A stretch of 63,805 bases of DNA, counting the filler, from Vannella sp. (taxonomy: Eukaryota): assembly GCA_023345925.1 (NCBI GenBank). It is 6 parts of 6 records of this genome, joined end to end, with 100 filler letters (N's around TTAATTAATTAA, not from the genome) between each part and the next. Parts side by side here need not be neighbours in the genome. Positions count along the whole stretch, not along the records: positions 21,876 to 31,952 come from JAJQQN010000834.1; positions 32,053 to 45,851 come from JAJQQN010000202.1; 4 more parts are not named here. The stretch is one strand, 5' to 3'. Below are positions 22,940 through 34,344 of the stretch, piece after piece. The stretch's first letter is position 1. Every line of letters starts with the position of its first letter. Both the position numbers and the translations under genes were made by a program. The notes under the pieces are model-generated. The model did not search any database, was not told where the DNA came from, and saw only the letters and a program-made list of their open reading frames with translations.

Positions 22940-24903
22940 ATGTACGGTGACCTTCCTGGAACACCTACTCCCAGCCCACACGATGGTTAGCGAGCTCACT
23001 GCCTCCCTTTCTATGCGGAATCTCACGCTGTTTTCTTAGCAAGAGGACGGGGACGGGGGCGAGGCCGAGGTTTCAGCCCAACAACTCATGGTGATGACAC
23101 CAGCATTCATCCCCCCGCTGGGTCTGGACCAGCTTTGAGAGGTAACCTCGCTACAAGGGGACGCCATTCTAGTTACACACCTTCTTCAGGGTTACCTGAT
23201 GCTGGTGGTCGTGGAGCACCTCTAAGCGCACTTCCTCGTGGTAGAGGCGGCCGCGGAGGTTTGGCAGCTCCACCGACGCGCCCCTCCAGCTCATACGTCC
23301 CAGAGGAGCCTACTCCGTCAATGCCTCGTAGTAGTTCACTCTCTGAAGGGAGGCCTGCCACTTCCACAGCAGGAGGAAGGGGCGGCGCCACACCCCCGCC
23401 AACAGCAGCCCCAAGTCCACGTAACTCCAGTGGTGCACCTGTGAAGACTTCGAGTGGATTGCCACCTCCTATTGCCAGTACCTTAAAGACTGGCGCTCGC
23501 CCGATCCCAAAGTTCTCCGACATGTCCGGCGATGACGAAGAAGATGGTCCCAACCCACCTCCTCGCTCTCCTCAGGTCTCTCCGAGAATGGCCAACTTAC
23601 CTCCACTCCCACCACGCACCAAGGCTACTGCCTCTTCAGCTGGCTCTAACAATGCCCCAACGCCAGCAGCTCCTGGATCTCCCAAGGAGGAGATGACCCC
23701 TGAAAAGGAGGCGAAGCGGGCCGAGTTACGCCGAAAGTGCGTGCAAGAGATCTACCAAACAGAGAAGGACTACATCGTGGACTTGGAGATCCTCATTAAC
23801 GTAAGTAGGCTCCGCACCGGAAGCGTTTGACTCAGCTTGAGCCAGGTCTTCATCTTCCCCCTTCGCACGATGGCTGTCTTGGAGGAGAAGGTGCTCTATA
23901 GCATCTTCTCTAACTTAGAAGTGCTCATCAACTGCAACAAGGAGATGCTCATCCAGTTGGAGAAGATCATTACGGAGACTCCTGCGGGAGACGATGTGAC
24001 CATCGGCCATGCCTTCACTGGTCTGGCAGACTACTTTAAGATGTACAAGGTCTTCTGTGCCAATCAGTCCACGTCCCTGTCAACGGTGGAGACGTGTGCA
24101 AAGAAGAACCCGACCTTCAAGAAGAACATGGACATTTGTCACTCAGACCCCCGTTGTCGCGGTCTCTTCTTGCAATCCTTCCTTATCAAGCCTATCCAAA
24201 GAGTGTGCAAGTATCCTTTGCTCTTGAGAGTCAGTAACGCTTCAGGGAGTGTGGAAGAAGCTCACCAAATGTGGGTTTAGGAGCTCATCCGGTACACTCC
24301 AGAGATTCACCCAGATTGGGAACCCCTGCAGTCTGCCTTTTCGAAGATTAATGGCGTTGTTGCTGACATTAACGAAGCTCAACGCCAGGCGGAAGGTCTT
24401 CAACGCATCCTTGACCTTCAAAAGATGATTGAGGGAGTGGAGTCATTGGTGGCCCCCGGCAGGAATTACGTCAAGGAAGGTGAACTTACGCAGTACAAGA
24501 GTGCCAAGGCTAAGAGTGGCGAGAAGCGTCACGTGTTCTTCTTCACTGACCTCATCCTTCTCACTCTGAAGCGAGGAGAGAAGAAGTTCGAACACAAAGT
24601 ATCTGTGGATCTAGATTCTTGCAAGTTAGTCGTCTTAGCAGACTCTTCACGTAAGCAGAACCTCTTTCGAAGCATCATAAGTGCCTTTTCACTCACTGTG
24701 CGGTGGCAGACATCAAAAACTCTTTTGAACTGTCCAACGGCGACCCGAAGGGAAAGAAGTGCATTTTGAGTGGCGAGACTCCGGAAGAGTCCAACGTGTG
24801 GATCAAGGAGATTCGGGGTTTAATCAAATCGTATCAAAAGCGAAAACTGAGAGAGTTGGAAGACCAAAGGCGCAATGGCTTGGTCCCCATCGACTCCAGC
24901 TAA
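22940..24903 (+). CDS. RhoGEF (DH-PH) with Pro/Gly/Arg-rich N-terminus; multi-exon
   Basis: RRKCVQEIYQTEKDYIVDL and FLIKPIQRVCKYPLLLRELI (DH); RHVFFFTDLILL..SNVWIKEI (PH); predicted start MYGDLPG. Confidence 0.9.
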
Positions 24904-24998
24904 TCAGAGCGGCTCTGGATAACGCATTAAATCGACAAGGTTTCAACAACCTTCTCCTCTGGGAGCGGCAAAGGGGACTGGATTGGACTGGAGGCTCT

Positions 24999-25880
24999 TT
25001 AAAGAGCCACAAAAGGCTTGTGTTTGTATTTGCGGACTGAACGTTCTCCTGAACGGAAGCAAAAGTGTTCTCCAAAGAGGGTAAACAGATTGCTGCCAAT
25101 GGTGATGGAGAAGTGAGCTTGCCGTTTGGGGATGACTGGAAAGTGCGTTACTGTGAGAGAGTTTCTGACTGGCCCTTTTCACTCACCTTTCTCTTGGTCA
25201 GCCTGTGTGATGATACGGAAGGTATTCATCGTCTCTTGCAAGACAATGCCCGTCAGTCCAACCAGACTGGGACATGCACAACGCGTCACTGCACCCCCAC
25301 AAGGTCAGCAACGAGTGTGGGTTGTTCCGGTGTTGGTGGGTACCTGTGATCACAGCCCCATGGAAGTCTGCCTTCACTAGACGAGCAGGGGCATCATGGA
25401 TGCTATTCGCAGTTCCCAGATAGGTGTGGATGTAACTCGTCCAGAGTTGGTGGAGAGGGACGAAGTCTTGGTAACAACGGGGTCGACAATCCACTGTCAC
25501 AGCCTCCAGCTGCTGCCTTTCCTTGCGAGACATGGCCTTCTTCCGTCTCTTCTTCAGGCGATCGCTCCTCTTCTTCTCCTGGCGAGTCTCTGAGGTTCCT
25601 TCAGCAAAGGTTCCTCTGACGGAAGGCAGGGCTTCTCACCTTGGGCATCCTTGACGGACATCGTATCGAGAGAGACGATACGATTCAACACCTTCTCCTC
25701 GTACATCTTGCTCGTCCCCCCGCCCGCTGTCTCCACCCCAACCGAAAGCAACTTCTCGACAACCTGGCGGTTCTTCGCCTTCCGCTTCAAGAACAAGTAC
25801 GCAGGGTCGTCTTCCTTCAAGCTCTCAGGGAGCAAAGAACCCTCCGCATCAGTCCTCTGCCGCTTCCCCGGCGGTTCCAT
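24999..25880 (-). CDS. POP4: RNase P/MRP subunit p29; multi-exon
   Basis: [49 protein letters not shown] and [12 protein letters not shown]. Confidence 0.9.
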
Positions 25881-25948
25881 GCGGGCGACGGGTGAGAAGG
25901 AGGAAATGCGCTGATTTGTGGCTTGCGGAGAAGAAGGCATTTGTTGGG

Positions 25949-27515
25949 ATGAGCGTGTGGTTGGAGACGTCGGCGGGGGACTTGGTGATCGACTTGTTCG
26001 TGGAAGAGTGTCCGCTCGCGTGCGAGAACTTCTTGAAGCTCTGTAAACGGAAGTTCTACAACAGCTCACCGTTTCACACCGTTCACCGCGACTTCATAGC
26101 GCTGACGGGGGATCCTGTGAGTGGCGGGGGAGGCCAAAGCATTTGGGGGTGAGATGGCTCTGGTTTGGTGGTTCCTGGGTACTAAGGGGTATGCTGGGGT
26201 AGACTTCTCTCAGGCAAGGAAGAAGATCGTTACTTTGAGACTGAATACGAGCCCTCTCGCTCTCATAATCGCCCAGGACTCCTTTCTACGGCAAATCAGG
26301 GTCCTGATCGTAACAGCTCCTCGGTAGGTGCTCTATGGACTCGATTAGCAGTACTAACATGATCCAAGTTCTTCTTTACACTGGCTGGAGGCCTAGAACG
26401 GCTCGATAAGAAGCACACAATCTTCGGGGAGGTGGCGGAAGGTCTGGATGTTCTCCTGAAGATCAACAATGCCTACTGTGATGAGAACCACCACCCCTTT
26501 CAGGTGATCCGCATCCGTCATACAGATCTTCTGGACGATCCCTTCCCGGATCCACCCGGAATGGGAGATCCTCCGGCAAGTCCCGAACCGCCCCGCCTCG
26601 CGAACGGTCTATTGGACGATGAGATCGCTTCTTTAGATGACCGAGCAGGCAAGACAGAGGAACAAATCGCAGAGGAGCAGCGAGCGAAGCAGGCCGAAGC
26701 AGATGCAGAGGTTCTTGTGATGGTACGAGCTCCCTTTGCATTCCCTTTGCCTCTCCTGACGGCAGGAGTAGCTTGGGGACATCGAAAGTCAAGAAGAAGC
26801 CCCTCCAGAGAACGTTCTCTTCATCTGCAAGCTCCATCCGATCACAGAAGAAGAGGACCTTGAACTGATCTTCTCCCAGTTCGGCAAAGTGATTGGCTGC
26901 GAGATCATCAAAGACTACATCACCATGGACAGCCTCTGCTTCGGGTTCATCGAGTTTGCTGACCGTGCATCGTGCGAGCGAGCCTACTTGAAGATGGACA
27001 ACGTTCTCATCGACGATCGGAGGGTGATCGTCAACTTCAGTCAGTCCACTGGACCGAGACAAGGGAAGTCTCGTTACGGTCACTTGGCAGGCGTTGGGCA
27101 ATCACAGAGAGCAGACTCTCATCGATCGTCTCATCTGCGACAGCAGGACAACAAGAGGGAGCGTCCTGATTCGAGAGAGGGAGATCGAAGAGGATTGGAA
27201 CCTCGCAGAGACCAACACGGACGAGAGAACGAACGAAGAAAGGATGACCGCAGAGAAGACAGCCGAGTCAGAAGAAGAGAGGACCAAGAGTCCGCTCATG
27301 AGCGAAGCCGACGAGATGGGAGAGATAATCGGGAGGCCAGTCATGGGGACCGGCGAGAGGCCAGTCATGGGGGAGCCCGCAGAGATCGAAGAGATGACCG
27401 AGAGTCCAGTTATGGGGACCGCCGTGGCCAAGAGACACGGCGCTCACCGCCCCGCTATCACCCAGAGGATAGAAAGAGACCGCGCTACACCTCACCAGAA
27501 CGAAGGCGCCACTAA
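25949..27515 (+). CDS. PPIL4: Cyclophilin-RRM protein with RD/RE-rich tail (PPIL4/CYP59)
   Basis: [62 protein letters not shown]. Confidence 0.93.
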
Positions 27516-27668
27516 ACAAGCAGATTTCTCGCCCTTGCTGGTGCCAGACGGGACCGAGGGGAAATGTTCCCAAAGGAGGGGAAATGCTCCCTTCCAAACC
27601 GTTTCCCTTTCCCCCCTTTCGATTTGTGGAAGGTTTGCCGTTGTTTGGGATTCATTCTTTCCTTCTGC

Positions 27669-30092
27669 ATGTCTCAGAGGCCACTCGAATCGCGTTGGCT
27701 GTTGCGGGGCGATTCTTCTGACAGATGTTTGCTGCAGGGCTTATCAGCAAGACCTGTTCAACTGAATGGGGCGTTGGTTAGCCGAAGTGCGAAGTTTGCC
27801 CCTCAAGCGTGTTGGTCCTTCCGCCCACAAGCGCAGGACTGCGGTCTGGACATCTTCGTGGACCCCATGGCTGTGGCTATGGTAATCGTTCATAACAGGA
27901 AGACTGGGTACATGGAGAACCTGCTTCTCCCCACTGGGAAATGGATCACTCTTGGCCCCAACCAGCTTGTGCAACTGGGGCACTCCGTCTTCCGCGTGTC
28001 TCCCCGAGAAGGCCTTCCCATGAGAGCCCCCACTAGATCACCTGCTGTAGATCTAACCCAACACACTAACAGCATTACCAGAGGTCCCCAACGGCCTCAC
28101 CAACAGCCTCCTATCGAGATTGACGTTGAGATGTCTGAAGAAGTCAACGTAGATGATGAAGAAGGCAGTGAAGATGACGAGGATGTGCTGATTGAGGAAG
28201 CAGAGGATGAAGAAGAGAGTGAAGATGACGAGGCTGACGAGGAAGTAAGGATTCAGCGTTTGGTGGAGAAGCTGAAAGACATTTTCGGGGATCTGGACGA
28301 GGCCTTTCTCCAAAAGTGTGCCCAGAACGCTCTTTATCAGGGCCAACCAATTGAGTTTGCCTGTAACTTCATTGCAGAGTATGACAATCCCCCTCAACGA
28401 GTCAAACCCAATGTACCGGAGCCTATGAGTGTGGATAGAGCCCCGGCAACGTTCGGGAAAAAACTGCGAACCTTGGAGGAAGAGTCAGCGCGATTCGTTC
28501 CCACACCGCAGCATGGACAGGCAGACTATCAACTCAGCTTGTCCAACTTCCTCCTCCAATCTTTCTCGTTTGTACCAAAGAACATGATAGATGCAGCCAT
28601 CAGGCAGCGCCATCACACTTTAGGGGCCGTCTTTGTTCTCCGCCAAGCCGTCGAAAGAGAAATCCAAGCGTATCGGAAGCAACTCTCAGACCGTCTCCAA
28701 AAAATGGGCGATGCTGGCAGTCGCTTTGAAAAGTCTCAGTGCGAGGAAGCTCTCAAGAGAATCACAAATGGCTCTCAGCTCTACAAAGGATACCCTCCTC
28801 AAGAAACTTTCGTGCAATTTCGGTTTAACAAGACAAACCGTCCAAGATCCAATCTACTTGCTGGGGCACTGAGCCATCCTCTTTTGAAGAAGGAACTCCA
28901 GCTGCTTTCTGAAATTGACGCGGAGGAGCTCCAAGGACAAGACTACCAACTGGCTTCCAAGATGAATCAAGAGGAATACCAGAAAGCTGATGAACTCATT
29001 ACGTGTGTATGCTGCGAGGAGGAGAAGGTCTTTGAAGAATTAACCAGTTGTGATGACGGCCATCTCTTTTGCTGCGATTGTGCTGTCATGCATGCCAAGA
29101 CCCAAATGGAGAGTGGCACTGCAAAAGCCACACTTTCTTGTCTATCAGACGAATGCAAGTATCCATTATCACTTTCCCAGATCGAAAAGTTGCTAGATTC
29201 CTCTACTTTCCGCTGTTATCAGCAACAAGCGCAACGGAATGAACTCCAGCAAGTCAAAGACCAGTTGGGGGATTGTCTCATCCAGTGCCCCTTCTGTGAA
29301 AATGCAGTCTTCTCCGAAGAGAACGGCAACAGCGTGTTTGATTGCCAGAACCCCGCTTGCAGAAAGCAAAGTTGCCGTCGCTGTCGAACGCTCTCTCATA
29401 TTCCACGAACATGTGAAGAGGAAGCCGAGCGAAAGGAGGGAGAAAAGGCAGCTCATGCCGTAACGGAAAAGATGAGCGAGGCCCTCATGAGAGAATGCCC
29501 TAAATGTGGCATCCGATTTTTCAAAGAAGAAGGATGTAATAGGATGACTTGCAGTTGCGGGCAAGTTATGTGCTATCAATGTCGAAAGCCAATCACAGGT
29601 TATGAGCACTTCCAATCGGGCGGGTGTGTTCTTCATACAAACTCAAAGGCGGAAGATGAGCTGGCAGTGGCGAAAGCGGGAGAAGAAGCCGCTCGCCTAC
29701 TTGCACCCAAGCTCCAGACTTTAGGAGCGTCCTCTTTGAAACTTCCTGGAGCGACCAAAACCATTCAGAAACCCTCATCAATACCGGCCACTCCTAAGAC
29801 TGCTCAGCCAGGACTTGTTTACAAACCTCCTGTAGGTTTGGGAAACCCAGTGGCACCTGCATATCATGCTCCCAAGAGAAACCCAGCTCCACCAGCTCCA
29901 CCTGCTCCTCCCACAAGAAAGCCAGTGACACTGCCAGCTGCTCCCTCAAGAACGGCTGTCCCCCAAACTGCTCAAGCCGCTGAAGGGCTTTTTATTTCGG
30001 ACAATTCCAGATTGGAACGGCTCCTTGCTAGTGTTAATGACCAAGTCCTTCGGTTTAGGGAAGCACACCGAAGGCAGGACGGCAAACGATGA
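27669..30092 (+). CDS. RBR (RING1-IBR-RING2) E3 ubiquitin ligase, RNF216/TRIAD3-like, with CUE-like motif; intronless
   Basis: CVCC..CDDGHLFCCDC, CPFC..CQNPAC..SCRRC..H.P..C, CPKC..KEEGCNRMTCSCGQVMCYQC; LKDIFGDLD CUE-like; start at 27669 or 27564. Confidence 0.88.
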   Translation: MSQRPLESRWLLRGDSSDRCLLQGLSARPVQLNGALVSRSAKFAPQACWSFRPQAQDCGLDIFVDPMAVAMVIVHNRKTGYMENLLLPTGKWITLGPNQLVQLGHSVFRVSPREGLPMRAPTRSPAVDLTQHTNSITRGPQRPHQQPPIEIDVEMSEEVNVDDEEGSEDDEDVLIEEAEDEEESEDDEADEEVRIQRLVEKLKDIFGDLDEAFLQKCAQNALYQGQPIEFACNFIAEYDNPPQRVKPNVPEPMSVDRAPATFGKKLRTLEEESARFVPTPQHGQADYQLSLSNFLLQSFSFVPKNMIDAAIRQRHHTLGAVFVLRQAVEREIQAYRKQLSDRLQKMGDAGSRFEKSQCEEALKRITNGSQLYKGYPPQETFVQFRFNKTNRPRSNLLAGALSHPLLKKELQLLSEIDAEELQGQDYQLASKMNQEEYQKADELITCVCCEEEKVFEELTSCDDGHLFCCDCAVMHAKTQMESGTAKATLSCLSDECKYPLSLSQIEKLLDSSTFRCYQQQAQRNELQQVKDQLGDCLIQCPFCENAVFSEENGNSVFDCQNPACRKQSCRRCRTLSHIPRTCEEEAERKEGEKAAHAVTEKMSEALMRECPKCGIRFFKEEGCNRMTCSCGQVMCYQCRKPITGYEHFQSGGCVLHTNSKAEDELAVAKAGEEAARLLAPKLQTLGASSLKLPGATKTIQKPSSIPATPKTAQPGLVYKPPVGLGNPVAPAYHAPKRNPAPPAPPAPPTRKPVTLPAAPSRTAVPQTAQAAEGLFISDNSRLERLLASVNDQVLRFREAHRRQDGKR

Positions 30093-30467
30093 AGTGGCCC
30101 GTCCAAAGGAGAAGGAAGGAGAAGATGTTTTTGAATGGAAGAAGATAAACCATTCCATTATGTATAAACCTGAGGACCCAATTCTTGAGCACTCTCTTAG
30201 TAAGGTCTTTGGAGAGAATTCACCGCCTCAGTAAAGAGAGAGTTCACCGCCCCAATAAACCAGGCGTCCGCTGGCTTCCATTGGAAACCAACAGGAGTTG
30301 CGTTATCACCTCAAATGAATCCTCTTGGCGTCGTGAATCTCTCAATGGGAACTCACTTGGTGTTCCAAAGCCATTTTACTTCCCATTTACTTCTAGTTGG
30401 GCAAGAGGCGGATGTCCAATAAATGTACGCTCTTATCAAGAGATAAGATCTAAAGATCATTATTGGA

Positions 30468-31547
30468 ATGCCTTTTGGTGATCACACGCTACTCTTCTCC
30501 CTCGAAGGCGGCCTTTTGGCTTTTGGAGAGAACAGTAACGGCCAACTCGGTCTTGGCCACAAGGAACGCCAACAACAACCAGTTGAGGTCCCCTGGGATG
30601 GTCCACAGCCGGTTCAGGTGGACTGGGGAGAGTACCACTCCCTCGTCCTTGATGCGGAGGGCGGTGTGTGGCAAGCTGGCCACTCTCAGTCCTTCCTCTC
30701 CTCTCATTCCTTCCAGCAAGTACCAGAGCTTCCTTGTATTGCTTTGGTGGCTGCTGGCTCCTCTGACAACGCTGCCGTCGACACCGAAGGCGGCCTTTGG
30801 GTGTGGACGAACAAAGAACCTCATCCTTGGGCGCGCTATCTTCCGAAACGATTGAAGGGTCTCACTCCCATCCTCAAGGTGGCTTGCGGGAAAGAGTTTC
30901 TGGTGGCAGAGGCCGAAGAAGGCCTCTGGGTGTTGGGATCGAACTGCTATGGACAACTGGGTCTCGGCCACACCTACTTCACTCACGTACCGGCCTTCAT
31001 TAAGGTGAAAGGACTTTCAAAAGGACCACTACGATGCCTAGCTGCCCTCTACGAAGCCGTGATTCTCATCGACGCCGAAGGAGACGTCTTTTCTGCAGGA
31101 AGCAACTTAGTTGGGGGACTGGGGCGCTCTTCTTGGTCACATACCGACTCAAAGTTTAAGCAAATCAGCAAAATCCCTCCCATGCTCGCGGTCTCCTGCG
31201 GACAGGGACACACTCTCTGTCTGGATAAGAATGGCAACGTCTGGACCTGGGGAAGCGGTGCACACGGGCAATTGGGGAGAGATGCACCTCCTCCTTTTCT
31301 TATCTTTTATGGGCACCAACCCGTTCAGGTCCCTTCGTTGGAGGAAATAGGCGCCCTTGTTGCAGGAGCGCACCATTCTTTGGTGCTCCCACAGGAAGGC
31401 GGCCTGCTGGCCTTCGGATACAATGATTATGGACAACTTGGACTCGGCCAATGTGGCTCTCAGGAATATCCCACGCGCTCTCCTCTCAAGCCCGCTCTCT
31501 CTCCTTCAGAAGTCGCCCTCAGAAGAAAGAAGAGTGCTCGCTCCTGA
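30468..31547 (+). CDS. RCC1-repeat beta-propeller protein, intronless
   Basis: Repeated xGxNxxGQLGLG and (C/A)GxxH(S/T)L motifs; ends RRKKSARS. Confidence 0.9.
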   Translation: MPFGDHTLLFSLEGGLLAFGENSNGQLGLGHKERQQQPVEVPWDGPQPVQVDWGEYHSLVLDAEGGVWQAGHSQSFLSSHSFQQVPELPCIALVAAGSSDNAAVDTEGGLWVWTNKEPHPWARYLPKRLKGLTPILKVACGKEFLVAEAEEGLWVLGSNCYGQLGLGHTYFTHVPAFIKVKGLSKGPLRCLAALYEAVILIDAEGDVFSAGSNLVGGLGRSSWSHTDSKFKQISKIPPMLAVSCGQGHTLCLDKNGNVWTWGSGAHGQLGRDAPPPFLIFYGHQPVQVPSLEEIGALVAGAHHSLVLPQEGGLLAFGYNDYGQLGLGQCGSQEYPTRSPLKPALSPSEVALRRKKSARS

Positions 31548-32052
31548 AGCCTTTCCGCTTGCGAAGAAGGACGAGTGCAACACAGTAAACGCCCATCAGT
31601 CTCAATTTGCTCAGAGGTCCTTTCACGCGCATAATCACCTCAAGAAGGAGGAAACACCTAAGATTGAGTAAAAGAATCTCTTTGAAGGCAGAAGAGAGCA
31701 GAGAATGCAACTGTCATGCTCTCTTCTTCTTCTTTTCCTGCAGAGATCCAGATTAGTTCGTCTCCAAGGATTGTGGAGACGCAGCGGGAGGATTTAAGTA
31801 CCTTCATGTGTCCCTCAAGGCAAACTGGAGACCATCCCATGACAAGAAGGTGCATGAGAAATCTTGCAAGTGCTCTTCATGGTACATCCAAGACGAATTG
31901 AGTTCTTTTCTCATACAAGGCAATGGCAATTAGCAGATATCGGATTCGAGATNNNNNNNNNNNNNNNNNNNNNNNNNNNNNNNNNNNNNNNNNNNNTTAA
32001 TTAATTAANNNNNNNNNNNNNNNNNNNNNNNNNNNNNNNNNNNNNNNNNNNN

Positions 32053-32188
32053 TTCTGATTTTGAAGTCAACACTGATGGGGCTCTCTGTGTAGGAATCAT
32101 CTGCAAATCGGAAAAGCAAGCAAGACTTGCCAACACCCGCGCCACCAACAAGTAGGAGCTTGAAAAGTAGATTGTTTTCAGGGTTCAT
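32053..32188 (-). CDS. Rab1-like small GTPase, N-terminal part only (contig-truncated)
   Basis: [42 protein letters not shown] closely resembles the Rab1 N-terminus. Confidence 0.85.
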
Positions 32189-32303
32189 GTTGAAAGCTGA
32201 GATGATGCAATCGAGCGAGCGGAGAGCAAATGCACGCCTGAAACTTTGGTCTGGGAATTGGGCAAGTCAGTGTTCGCCGAATTCACCAGGCTCGTGTGCT
32301 TGG

Positions 32304-32361
32304 GCATTTCACCTTCACATTTCCCTTGCATTTCACCTTCACATTTCCCTTGCATTTCACC
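32304..32361. repeat. 24-bp tandem repeat, ~2.4 copies (GCATTTCACCTTCACATTTCCCTT)
   Basis: Exact copies visible in the intergenic region between divergent genes. Confidence 0.9.
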
Positions 32362-32435
32362 CTCTCCCAACCCCGGCAAAGTGCCGAATGAATGGCAAAC
32401 AATTCCTTTATTCCTGTTCATTTCTTCTTCCTTCC

Positions 32436-34264
32436 ATGGGTGAGCTTCACGGGGTGCCCGAATGGGGTCCTCTCTTGCAAGAAGAAGACTTGACGATGGA
32501 GGAGTTGAAGGGAGCGTTTGCGCTAGGGAAGCTTCGTTCCTTGAGCTCTGAACGACGTGTGGTCGTTACTGAGCACTTGGTCCACTGCCGAAAGTCGGAT
32601 CTCACACCGACGGCCCCACGGTAAACACTCCCTGCGTGTGAACTCTTCGTTTCTTATGTATGGTTAGACCACAACCCGTCCCTTCTCCTTGTCTCCAAGT
32701 GATAGGACACATCATCCCCTCGACATCAAATGAAGAAGCGAGTTCTTGCCTTCAACGCGTCCTGGTCATCAGTGAGCACCCACCAGACGTTAACTTACTT
32801 CCTATCCATCGCCTTTTGGACCCCTTGACCCCGCAGACCGGTCAGCTCGTCATGAAGGGCGTTCATTCGTTGGCTCGAAGACTGAGAGAGTTGCACACTC
32901 ACAATCTCTCCATGTGGGGACACAATATCTCCCTCGAAGCTATTCTGGTTCGTTGATCGAAGAAAGAGAGCCTTGTGTTGACACAAAGCAGGTCTCAGAA
33001 TCCTGGGAGCTTTTTCTTCTTCCCTTTTCCAGCCAAGTGCAATGGAAAGTGGATGAAACATCAATCCTTTATCTCACTTTCCCTTGGGCTGAAATGGTGT
33101 CTCAAAGGAACTTTGATTTGGCTTGCCAGAAAACACTTTCTGATGCGCAATGCCAGGACATCCGAGCGTTTCAAGTTCTTCTTTCCCAATTACTTCTTAT
33201 CTGCGACGGTAAGTTGCACGAAACCTTGAGCCATCTCTAACATTCACTAGGTAAACCGGGTTTATTGGAAAGACAGGGTGTTCCTGCCTTAACCAGGCTG
33301 AAGGAAGATGCTGAGGAGACTATTCCTCTACTTGATTTAACGAACTTGGAAAATCAGGAAATAGCTACCTATGCTTGGTCCTGCTCGTTCCTTCCTTGGA
33401 GGTACGAAGTCCCTTTTGGGTTGCAATGCAGTGTCTCACAGTAGTTTTCAAGTCCGGCTTCAAGTGTTTCTTTATCAGCTGATGCTTTTTGGGTCCATGT
33501 TCTGACTGGCCTGACCAGCGGACAAGCTTCGAGGGTGTTTCGATGTGATACTTCCACAATCGATTTCTGGAATGTCCGCTTCCCCATGTCCATCAGCACA
33601 TCGATTGAAGAGCTTGTGGATCGAATTTTCCAACACTGTGACCAATTGACTACTAGGGAGAGCAAAAGTCATCTGGCTATGACAGCCCTATTTGCAGACA
33701 TTATTGGACAGTTTGATCGCCGTGCGTAGACTATCTAGAAACGGGAATCTAACCTAACCATGCTATAGGGACTGGCACTGTGAAAGACGATTCGACAGTT
33801 TCTATCAGAGAGTTCAGAACAATTCTCTCTTATTTCGGTCCAGTTGGACCTGATCTGATCAGAACTTGTACAGACTATGCAAGAGCAAAGTGAGTTCCTC
33901 AAAAATTCACTCCAAAACTCACTATCTCGATCACAGGTGGTTCCACGGAATGGTTTCAAAGCGGGAACTGAAAGACTTTTCCCGTTTACAAAAAGATGGC
34001 TCTTTCTTGCTTCGCTTTAGCGCTTCCCAACCTGGCAGTTTTGCTTTTACAAGGAAAGCAAACGGCAAAGTCGAGAACTTTATTATTCAGCACTCTTTCG
34101 GGAAAGAACACGTTTTCGATCATCGAGAGTATGAGAGTTTGTCTGAATTGGTTTTCAAGAAGAAACGCAAGTGGGATTTATCCTCTTGCGATGGCTCTCC
34201 ATTTCAAATCATCTTCAGCCCCAAGTCCCCTCAATGCTTCTCTCGGTACACTGAATTCAATTAA
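32436..34264 (+). CDS. SH2-domain protein with EF-hand-like linker, no kinase domain; multi-exon
   Basis: IDFWNVRF..VSIREFRTILSYFGP linker, then WFHG..GSFLLRFSASQPGSFAF SH2; N-terminal exons less certain. Confidence 0.72.
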
Positions 34265-34344
34265 CAAGAACCGAATTCCACTGCCATCTTCTTCAACTTG
34301 TTATGAAGCAGAATCCCTCGTGATGTAAGGCCAGCTTTTTGGGT

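Noticed and set aside
24993..25008. 16-bp perfect palindrome GGCTCTTTAAAGAGCC at the POP4 stop
   Set aside because: Single short occurrence overlapping coding sequence; compatible with chance
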